Assembly (NCBI GenBank): GCA_976551045.1
Contig: CDPCPM010000016.1
Location: 20,336,001-20,400,000 of the forward strand
DNA: 64,000 nucleotides
From: Glaucostegus cemiculus
Lineage: Eukaryota
Direction: 5' to 3'
Shown: piece after piece, positions 50,075 through 60,379 of the stretch
Position numbering within the stretch: position 1 is the first letter of the stretch
How the letters are laid out: each line of letters opens with the position of its first letter
Notes under the pieces: model-generated
Database searches by the model: none
What the model saw: the letters and a program-made list of their open reading frames with translations, nothing else
Told to the model about the DNA's origin: nothing
Position numbers and translations under genes: made by a program

Positions 50075-50855
50075 GCCATGACTCAGTTGGTACCACTCTT
50101 GCCTTTTGAATCAGAACTTATTTTGGTTCCATTCCAGAGACCTGAGCACAAAAGAGTAAAAATCAAAGCTGACAATCCAGTGCCACATTCAATGAGTGTG
50201 GGGTTCTGTTTTTGCAGGGGTCATTTGAGATAAAATATGACTTTGAGGTTGTCTGCTCCCTCAGTTGATGTAAACAAGCCAGTGGTACTGTTTTAAAGAA
50301 GAGCCAGTGGGGTTATTGCCAGTGTCCCCTGACCAACATCTTACAAACAGCATCACTAAAAGGAAGAGTTTCTGATCATTCATGCATCTTTGTATGAGAG
50401 AGTTTGCTTTGTGCTAATTCATGCAGCATTTCAAAACAACTCCTTCTTTTAATCCATCATAGTATATGGGCATTGCTAGCAAGGCCAGAATTTAATGTCC
50501 ATCTATAATGGTCCTTGAACAGAGAAGGCAGTTAACAATCAACCACTTGGTCCCATGCAAGCCAGACTGGGTTGAACTGGCAGATTTACTTCCTTGAAGA
50601 ACATTAATTATCATGATGTGATTTTATAACAATCCAGATTCATAGTCACCATTACTAAGACAATCATTTTTTTAAACTCCAGATTGTTTTACGCAACATG
50701 ATTTTAAATTTGTGACTCATTTGGTGGATTTAGATTTGTGTTTCAGGATGAATGGTCCAGACCTCTCGATCCAACTGTACCTAAAATGATAGATTGTGTA
50801 CAAAGTGCTGTGGGATGTTCAGAGATTGTGAAAGATGCTGCATAAATACAAGCCA
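50075..50855 (+). mobile_element. DeuSINE (SacSINE1-like), interrupted at about 50460-50770 by another short repeat
   Basis: tRNA-like head CCATGACTCAGTTGGTACCACTCTTGCC..GAATCAGAA; TCCAGAGACCTGAGCACAAAA..GCTGACA..CCAGTG body; L2-type tail AAAGTGCTGTGGGATGTTC..GTGAAAGATGCTGCATAAATACAAG. Recognised from memory of the family. Confidence 0.55.
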
Positions 50856-51549
50856 ATCATTGTGTAAGATAATCATCTTTCTGAATAGCTTAACATTAAA
50901 TTAGAAGGGAAAATGTGTTGAGAATGGTTCTTGTCATATCTAAAAATAAGACAAAACATTCCAGCACTCATGTCAATCATTTCTGAGGGCAAAAGCTAAG
51001 TTACAAAAATCTATGGATTCCACATTTATGACAGAAACCCCCTTTTAAATGAATACACATGAGAAATCTTATATGGGTGCAGTTTGCAAGATAAACATTC
51101 TCAAGCAGATCATATTACATCATGGAACTCTAAGCATATATTGCCTGTATCATACAATATGTTGATGGTAATTGAGTTGTCAAGTGACTTGTCTGTAGAA
51201 TGATATTAACTTACCACTTTAACAACTGAAACTACTTTAACAGATTTTCCTCTCTCACTAGGGGTGCGGTATAGTGAAGAAACAGATTTTTTTTAAAGGT
51301 GTTTACAGCCAAGTGATCTCTGGGAAAAAAAGTCAATGCATAAAACTTTTTTTCTTAAACTAAAGGGTCTCAAAATTATTTTACTGTGCCTTAAAAGTGA
51401 TTAGGATAAGAGGATAGGTTGAAAGAGAGTTTAGGTATAGCTGAAACACACTTTCATTAATATTGATGCAGGAATCTTTAAAATAGAGTGACAGTGTATT
51501 CAGATATTTCATTGACACAAAGGAATGTCCTAAAGTCCTTTACAACCAG

Positions 51550-52050
51550 ATTCAGATCAGTTTATTGTCATATGCACCAGGGTGCATAAAACTCCCAGAG
51601 TAAACAGTATACATAGTAATGATAAATACAACAATAAATACAATGACAGTGCAAAACAGCAGAATGGTACTAAGAACGTAGTGCAAACTAAAGTGGTGCA
51701 AAAAGAAATGCTAAGGAGACATTAACAGAATAAACGAGAAAGGTAGAATTAAGAGTATGAAAAAGAGGCAGCACCACTAGGGAAGGGGTGTGAAAGAGGT
51801 GATTTGTTCTGATAGCAGTGGGGAAGATGCTGTTCTGAAGTCTGGATGTCTGGACTTTCAAGCTCCTTTATCTTCTCCCACAAGGCAGAAAATGGAATGG
51901 TCAGGTGACAGGTATCCTTGACAATACTGTTGGCCTTCCTGAAGCAATGCATCAGGAAGATGGACTGGATGGAAGGAAATGACGAGCCCGTGATGGACTG
52001 GGCTTTGTTTATCTTTATGCAGGTAGTCTGAAGTACTAAGGGTGACCAAA
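51550..52050 (-). mobile_element. Rex1/Babar 3' fragment
   Basis: Minus-strand peptide CFRKANSIVKDTCH; TTTATTGTCAT tail motif at about 51561. Confidence 0.6.
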
Positions 52051-52111
52051 AGATCTGTTAAAGAAGTGGGATTCTGTCAGATTCTTATAGGTGGCTAGAG
52101 AAGCGATAGTG

Positions 52112-52433
52112 ATACAGCAGAGAAACAGGCCCTTCAGCCCAATGAGGATTGGTGTAAAAGGATCCAGCATCCTTTTACACCAATCCTGTTTTATTCTCTC
52201 CATGTTACCATCGACTCTCCACAGATTTTAACTGTCACAGTTTATAAGTGGCCTATTAACCCACCAGCACAGATGTATTTGGTACGTGGGAGGAAACTGG
52301 AGCAGCTGGACTAAAATCCATGGGGTCATGGAGAACATTCAAACTCCATTCAGACAGCACCAAAGGTCAGGATTGTACATGGGTCACTGGAGCTGTGACT
52401 CAGCAGCTCGACTAGCTGCACCACCGTGCCACC
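52112..52433 (-). mobile_element. V-SINE (HE1-like) with CR1-type tail
   Basis: Reverse complement: GGTGGCACGGTGGTGCAGCTAG head, TGCTCCAGTTTCCTCCCAC V-domain, GGGCTGAAGGGCCTGTTTCT CR1 tail. Confidence 0.75.
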
Positions 52434-52841
52434 CTGTTTGGAGGGTTGATGTGTTTAAAGATAGTTACCACACAATAAAATCCATTTGGTTGAAAGCTCT
52501 GCTGACAATGATGGGTCAAATGGAGGAGGTGGATTAAAATACATTGGGAGAAACATAATGCAAGAAGGTATTAGAGAAATAAGGCAAGATGTTACCATGT
52601 AGGATTTATTAACAAAGTGTGGACTTTAATTTTTGAACTTTGTGATTGAGTGGCTAATGTAAACGAGCCAAGTCAAAGTAAGTTGAGTAGGTGGGGCTCA
52701 GTACAATGAAGCAAATGGAAGGCAAAGGTTTGAATAAGCTGAAGATGTGAATGCAGACGGGAACCTTCCTTAAAGGTGCCACAGGCTTTAAGAGTTTTTA
52801 ATGGCAAGAAGACCAAGAGAAGTCATGATGTTAATATGAAA

Positions 52842-55097
52842 TCATGTGATCATAATTCTATCGCCTTTATGTTGGCACTGGAGAGAGATAGGAACAGACA
52901 AACTAGAAAGGCATTTACTTGGAGTAAAGGGAATTATGAGGCTCTAAGGCAGGAAATTGGAAGATTAAATTGGGAACAGATGTTCTCTGGGAAAAGTACA
53001 GAAGAGATGTGGTAAATATTCAGGGGATATTTGTGTGGAGCTCTGCATAGACATGTTCCGATGAGACGGGAGTCATGAGAGGATACAGGAACCGTGATGT
53101 ATGAAGGCTATAATAAATCTAGTCAAAAGGAAAAGAAAACATTTCCTTTTGAAAACATACAAAAGGTACAGAGAGCTTAGGTAATGTTAGAGATCTGGAA
53201 GAGTACAAGGCTAAAAGGAAGGAACTCAAGAAAGAGATTAGGAGAGTCAGAAGGAGACATGAGAAGGCCTTGGTGGGCAGGATTAAGGAAAACCCCAGAG
53301 CGTTCTACACGTGAAGAGTGAGAGGATGAGATGTGAAAGAATAGGGCTTATCAAGTACAGCAGTGGGAAAGTTTGTATGAATCCAGAAGAAATAGCAGAG
53401 TTATTAATGAATACTTTACGTCAGTATTCACTATGGAAAAAGATCTGGGGGATTGTAGTGGGGATTTGCAGTGGCCTGAAAAGCTTGAGCATGTAGATAT
53501 TAATAAAAAGGTGGTGCTGAAACCTTTGGAAAGCATCAAGTTAGATAAGTTGCCAGGACTGGATGAGATGTACCCCAGGTTGCTGTGGGAGGTGAGAGAG
53601 GAGATTGCAGAGCCTCTCACAATAATCTTTGGGTCATCGATGGAGACGGTAAAGGTTCCGGAAGATTGGAGGGTTGCAGATGTTGGTCCCTTATTCAAGA
53701 AGGGGAGTAGGTATAGCCCAGGGAATTATAGACCGGTGAGTCTTACCTCAGTGGTTAGTAAGCTGATGGAGAAGATCCTGAGGGGCAGGATTTATGAACA
53801 TTTGGAGAGGTATAATATGATTAGGAACAGTCAGCATGGCTTTGTCAAGGGCAGGTCCTGCCTTACGAGCCTGATTAAATTTTTTGAGGATGTGACTAAG
53901 CACATCAATGAAAGGAGAGCAGTAGATGCAGTGTATATGGATTTCAGCAAGGCATTTGATAAGGTACCTCATGCAAGGCTTATGGAGAAGGTGAGGAGAC
54001 ATGGGATCCAAGGCGACATTGCAGTGTGGATCCAGAACTGGCTGGCCCACAGAAGGCAAAGAGTGGTTGTTGAAGGGTCATATTCTGAGTGGAGGTCAGT
54101 GACCAGTGGTGTACCTCAGGGATCTGTACTGGGACCCTTACTTTTTGTGATTTTTATAAACATCCTGAATGAGGAAGTGGAGGGGAGGGTTAGTAAGTTT
54201 GCAGATGACATGAAGGTTGTGGATAGTTTGGAGGACTGTCAGAGGTTACAGAGGGACATAGATAGGATGCAAAGTTGGGCTGAGAAGTGGCAGATACAGT
54301 TCAACCCAGATAAGTGTGAAGTGGTTCATTTTGGTAGGTCGAATATGTTGGCGGAATATAGTATCAATGGTAGGACTCTTGGCAGTGTGGAGGATCAGAG
54401 GGATCTGGGGGTCCAAGTCCATAGGATGCTCAAAGCTGCTGCACAGGTTGACTCTGTGGTTCAGAAGGCATATGGTGTATTGTCCTTCATCAATCGGGGA
54501 ATTGAATTCAGGAGCCGAGAGGTATTGTTGCAGCTATATAGGTCCCTGGTCAGACCCAACTTGGAGTATTGTGCTCAGTTCTGGTCACCTCACTACAGGA
54601 AAGATGTGGAAGCCATTGAGAGGGTGCAGAGGAGATTTACAAGGATGCTGCCTGGAATGCGGAGCATGCCTTATGAAAGCAGGTTGAGGGAACTTGGCCT
54701 TTTCTCCTTGGAGAGAAGGAGGATGAGGGGGGAACTCATAGAGGTGTATAAGATGATGAGAGGTATTGATCGGGTAGATAGTCAGAGGCTTTTCCCCGGG
54801 GCTAAAATGGTGGCCACAAGAGGATATAGGTTTAAGGTGCAGGGGAGTAGATATAGAGGAGATGTCAGGGTAAGATTTTTACTCAGAGAATGGTGAGTGC
54901 GTGGAATCGGCTGCCAGAAAAGGTGGTGGAGGCGGATATGATAGGGTCTTTCAAGAGACTGTTAGATAGGTGCATGGAGCTGAGTAAAATAGAGGGTTGT
55001 GGGTAAGCCTAGTAATTTCTGGGGTAGGGACATGTTCGGCACAGCTTTGTGGGCTGAAGGGCCTGAATTGTGCTGCAGTTTTTCTATGTTTCTATGA
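52842..55097 (+). mobile_element. Relatively young 5'-truncated CR1 LINE
   Basis: Long RT ORF, CR1 3'UTR and (TTTCTATG)2 tail; possible TSD TATGAAA at 52835-52841 and 55093-55099. Confidence 0.92.
53373..54896 (+). pseudogene. CR1 ORF2 reverse transcriptase, 507-aa open remnant
   Basis: GNYRPVSLTSVV, QHGFVKGRSCLT, YMDFSKAFDKV, GVPQGSVLGPLLF, KFADD. No endonuclease domain; upstream stops and frameshifts; 3 aa missing after FADD (compare KKLGGVVDS at about 58945); C-terminal frameshift. Confidence 0.9.
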
Positions 55098-55189
55098 AAG
55101 TAACTCAGATAGAAAATTGTTTGGTGACTTCTAGGTTAGTCAAACTGTACGTCCATTTTGTCTTCTTATGCAGCTCTATGGGGTTGGGG

Positions 55190-55960
55190 ATAAATTGCTT
55201 CACTCCAGCTCTGTCAATCTGCAGACTCTGCCACAGCTGGGGCAAGTGGTGTTTGCCAGGAAGCTGGGTGGCTGTTTGGGATGGTGAGTGCTTTTTCCAG
55301 TGTTTGCAGTTGGCCTCCATGTGCTCCTGTTGTACAAACCCAAGATGCTCAGTGCCTCATTAAAGGCTTTTTCTCTATTTTCTGTAGTCTCAGGCCAGGG
55401 ATTCCCAAGAACTGGTGAGAATGTTACAAGAAGACTTTGAGAATATCCTTGCAAATATTTTCTGTGTTCCTGGTAACCTCCTGCCATAACGGAACTGAGT
55501 GCTTGTTTTGGGAAAGTGGTGTCAGGTGTGCGGACATTGTAGCCTGCCCAGCAGAGCTGGTCAAGTGTGGTTAGAGCCTTGATGCTGGGGACGTTAGCCT
55601 GGAGAAGACATTACGTTGGTTTCTCTATCCTCCCAATGCATTTGCAGGATGTTGCAGATTGGTGGCCACCATATTGGTGGCATATTTCCAGTGCATTGTG
55701 CTACCTGCTGTAGGTTGCAATGTCTCCAGTGCATACAAGAAGGTGGGGGTAACTACTACTTGGTGGACTGTGACAGTGGCAGTGAGTTAAGATTTTCACT
55801 TAACTCACTTTTCCTCAGCTGGCCAAGCACTGAACTTGCATACTGGAAGTGGTGGTAAATTTTGTCACTGTCGTCTGCCTTCACCAGCTCCTAAGAATGA
55901 AAGGGACTTATGTTTTCCATGGTTTCATCATGGGTCTTTATTGTCGAGGCTGGTGTTGAA
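55190..55960 (-). mobile_element. Decayed RTE LINE 3' part
   Basis: Minus-strand C-terminal zinc motif TTCPSCGRVC; similarity to 21600-21895. Confidence 0.6.
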
Positions 55961-58427
55961 TGGCAGGGCAAGAAGGTAGAGGACCGTTGCCTTCCAGCTG
56001 GTGGGTAAAGACCATTCTCTCAAACACTTCAGTGAAGAACTCGATGACGACTTGGAGTTCAGGGTCTGATTATGAACACAAGCACAAATCATTGGCATAT
56101 GATAGATTGATGAGTGAAGTGGGTGATTTTGGTTCTGGAAGAGATGATGAATGTTGAACAGTTTCCCATTTGTCCTGTAGATTTACTTCACTCTGACTTG
56201 CTATAGATGAATTGCAGTACTGCTGTATTGCTCGTACTGCAGCACTACTTGACATAAACATGATTTTAACTACATCTATTACTTCTTAACTTTATCAAAA
56301 ATAATTTTTATTTTAGTTATTTATATGTATTTTAAAGGTCTCTGAATGTTTCAAATGATGGGAGGTAGCTGGAGACAGTGGGCAAGTCTTTCTGTCAGCT
56401 AGGGCGGTCGGGACAGTCAGGACCATGGACTCGGGATTCGCTCCCTGAGGTCTGCTTGCTGACCACAGACACAGGAACAGCTGTGGCAGCCAGGCCTCCA
56501 GGTCATAGGGAGCTGAGCAGTCACGCAGTATTATTGTGGCCATAGTGATATTGCAAGAGTTGAACACTGCTCAAGCAAAATCTGGCACAATATTACCAGC
56601 TGAAATCTGTGCTAAAGTTAAAAGTCATCCTCCCTCTCATCCGCCACTTCTTCTTGAAGTTAAACTGAAGAAAGTCGTGATTCATGTTGATGTTGAACAA
56701 ATAATTTGAGAATGTGAGGCACTCAAGGGATCAATAGAACTGGTGCGAAGCAGGCTGTCTGTCATTAGTGTACGTTATAATGAGGCATCCACCTGTTCCA
56801 GGTGGGAAGTTTCTCTGCCAGAAAAGCATGCAAGAACAAAGAGGTGGATATCCGGGAATGGAGGTCTCCACCCTTTTTCATCATCTTAACCCCATTACAG
56901 CTGGCACACATGAGATGTTGGGAGGAGGCGAACTGGTCTTTTTATCTTTTTTATTCAGGAATTGCTGCAGGAAATTTGGTCCTTTTTCCACAAGGCAAGT
57001 AAACAGTTATAATTTTGTATTAAAACACAGCAGGAGCACATACAGATCAGTACCATTGCCTCTTGCACACTGGAAGTTTTGATCTGGGAATGTTTGAACA
57101 TGTTTCTCTCTGCTATTTGGTTTAGTGGAAAGTTAATTATATGAAAAGAAATACTTTACATATGGTGCATTGCTCTTTAATACTGTATTTGTATGTATGA
57201 ATAATATCTGTATTTTAACTGTAAATTAAGTGACTGATATAATCATCATTATCTTCTGCAATGCTATGGGAATTAGTTCAACATGAGGTTCTATTGCTCT
57301 CCACATCTTTGTATTGATTTGTACATGTAAAAATTACATGTGAACAAGCATAAATATAACACACTGGAACTAACAAACTCGGCTTCAAACTTAATATGGT
57401 ACTTTTCAGCAACAGAAGGAACTGGGGAATCCAGGCTTACTTGTTCAAATGTGATGGCTGTGAATAATTGTCTTAATTGGTGTTTTAGTCAACATTTAAA
57501 CTGTTAGGTATAAATTATGTTTATTGTATGAATGATATGAAATGGCAGTAATTACTGTGAGTGTTGGATTATAATTGTGGTAACACCAACTAATCTACAG
57601 TAATGTGCAAAAAAAATTATCCAATATAAACGAGAGTGGAATTTCTCCAAATTGTTGGCAATACTGTGGCATCACTCATTTTGAGTACAAGAATTTTCCA
57701 AACAATGAAAGCCTCTTTCTGTGTATGACTGACTACTGTTGCTTCGTTATGGGTTTATTTGAAATAAGGTGTATATTATTTATGATGTTTATTATAATAT
57801 ATAACTGGAGACCTGACAAAAGTACACATTTCTAGAATTATTTCCATAATTGAAAGTTTTACATTTTAGTGTTGATTGGGAGAATCACCAATATTCTAAA
57901 ATTTTCCAAGAATTAACATTTTCTCCTGTTTGTAAATTCTACCTCTTCCCTGGAAGTTTGACTATACTGTTTCTCCACTGTCACATGCTCTCCTATATCT
58001 CATCTAAATGAGCAAACCTTTCACATAGGGAAAGATCATGGCTAAGCCTGAATCTTCCTCACCTGAAGCTCATACATTCACCTAAATTAGGAATCAGAAG
58101 CAGGAAAACTCTGAAGATGGATCATGATATTTCACTTCATTAGATTTAGATTCTCACATTTTCCAGGAAGGTTTGGAGTCCTGGGAGAGGATATAGAGAA
58201 TATTTACCAGAATGATTCCAGTCATGTGAAAAGACCAGTTAGTCTTCAGATTGTTCCTCTAACAGCAGCAAAAGTTAGGGAAGATTTGACAGAAGCATTC
58301 ATAATTAAGAGGGATAATGACACAGTAGATAAGGACTCCTTATTGTAAACTCTATTATGGAAGAGATTACCACGTAAACAGAGGATTAAGATTCAAGGAT
58401 ATGCTCAAAGCCTCTTTGAAGAAGTTT

Positions 58428-59832
58428 GTGAAGAATGGAAGGTGGCCACTGTTGTTCCGTTGTTCAAGAAGGGTTGCGAGGACCAGCTAGGGAACTACAA
58501 GTCAATCAACCTGATATCAGTAGTGGGGAAGTTACTGTAGGGAATTCTGAGGGACCAGTATTTGGATAGACAGAGTCTGATTAGGAAGAGTCAGTGTGGC
58601 TTTGTACATGGAAAGTCATGCTTGACAAATCTTTTAGAGTTTTTTTTAAAGATGTAACCAGAAAGGTAGATAAGGGTAGTGCAGTGGAGGTTGGCTATCT
58701 GGACTTTAGCAAGGTCCCGCATGGTGGGCTGGTCTGGAAGGTTAAGTCCCATGGAATACAGGGAGATCTAGTTAGGTGGATTCGGTGGTAGGAAGCAGAG
58801 GGTGGTTGAAGGTTGATTCTCGGAATGGAGGCCGGTGATTAGTGGTGTGCCACAGGGGTTAGTGTTGGGACCCTTGTTATTTGTTATTTATACAAATGAT
58901 TTGGATGCGAATGCACAAGGCTTGATCAGTAAGTTTGCGGATCACAAGAAATTAGGAGGTGTTGTTGATAGTGAAGAAGGTTATTGTATATTACAGGGGG
59001 ATTTTGATCAGTTAGGGAAGTGGGCTGAGGAGTGGCAAATGGATTTCAATACAGATAAGTGTGTGGTGATGCATTTTGGAAAGTCAATCCAGTGTAGGAT
59101 TTGTACTATAAAGGGTAGGGCACTAGGGAGGGTAATGGAACAGAGGAACCTAGGAGTACAAGTGCATAGTTAGTTGAAGGTGGTGTCAAAGATAGACAGG
59201 GTGGTGAAAAAAAGCACTTAACATGCTGGCCTTCATCAGTCAGGACACTGACTATAGGGGTTGGGACATTATGTTGCAGTGTCTAAGTCGTTGGTGAGGC
59301 CGCACTTGGAATACTGTGTCCAGTTTTGACACCATGTTATAGGAAAGGTATGGTTAAACTGGAAAGAGTGCAGAAAAGATTTACAAGGATGTTGCCAGGA
59401 CTAGAGGGCCTGAGCTATAGAGAGAGGATTGCCAGGCTTGGTCTTTATTCCTTGGAACGTAGGAGAATGAGGGGCAACCTTATAGATGTGTTTAAAATTA
59501 TGAGAGGCATTGATAAGGTGGATGGTAACAGTCTTTTCCCCAAAGTAGGGGAGTCCAAAACTAGGGAGCAGAGGCATAGGGTGAGAGGGGAAAGATTTAA
59601 AGGGGACCTGAGGGGCAACTTTTTCAAGAAGAGGTTGGTGAGCATATGGAAGTGGTTGAGGCAGGTACAATTGTATCATTTAAGAAGTACTTGTATAGGT
59701 ACGTGGAGGGCAGAGCTTAGAGGGATATGGGCTGAACGCAGGAAATTGGGACCAGCTGGGTGAGCACCGTGGTCGGCATGGACTGGTTGGGCCAAAGTGC
59801 CTGTATCTGTGCTGTATTGCTCTATGACTCTA
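58428..59832 (+). mobile_element. CR1 RT to 3' end, decayed
   Basis: SGVPQGLVLGPLLFVIYTNDLD..KFADHKK; KLERVQKRFTRMLPGLEGLSYRER; TCTATGACTCT tail. Confidence 0.9.
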
Positions 59833-60020
59833 AGTACAACTTCCCCACTGAGTCCTGGGATTCAGTGACCACTCAAAGTGCATAAGGAGCATTCCGGGTG
59901 GTATTGAGGCCATGCATTGGGAGTACACAGAGGCGTTGCACAAATTGCAAAAAGAGTGGACCACCTTATAAACTACCCACCAACCCTTCCTATCAGTGGC
60001 ATCTACCCCATCTGTGGAAG

Positions 60021-60157
60021 GGAGGAGATACGAGACTGCAGATGACGGAATCTAGAGCAACAAACAATCTGCTGGAGGAATTCAGCAGGTTGAGCAGCAT
60101 CTCCCTCCACAGATGTTGCTCAACTCGCTGAGTTCTTCCTGCAGATTGTTTGTGGCT
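60021..60157. mobile_element. Inverted PLE terminal insertion with 13-bp TSD
   Basis: TSD CCATCTGTGGAAG at 60008-60020 and 60158-60170; 48-bp imperfect arms 60055-60102 and 60111-60158. Confidence 0.85.
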
Positions 60158-60379
60158 CCATCTGTGGAAGAGCCTGTGTTTCCAATATTGGCCTCATCAG
60201 CCATCTGAGAACTCCCAGAACTTGAGTGGAGTCATCCTCGGCCCTGAGGGATTGTCTAAGAAGAAGAATTTCACTAGCAGGAGAAGTAGTGAATGAAGAA
60301 CATGGATTGAAAAAAAAATGGTGAAGAGGAGAACTTTTTGTATATTTGGGAAGTGTGAAGATGAGGAGAAATGTTTTTA

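Larger units (their letters stand above)
58360..60265 (+). mobile_element. RTE 3' end (58360-58426 plus 59833-60265) split by CR1 and PLE insertions
   Basis: AAGATTCAAGGATATGCTCAAAGCCTCTTTGAAGAAG continues as TACAACTTCCCCACTGAGTCCTGGGA..GGCCTCATCAGCCATCTGAGAAC..CTAAGAAGAAG. Confidence 0.65.

Noticed and set aside
53373-54896. 507-aa RT ORF as an active or domesticated gene
   Set aside because: 5'-truncated, lacks the endonuclease, has a deletion beside FADD and a terminal frameshift; consistent with an ordinary young CR1 copy.
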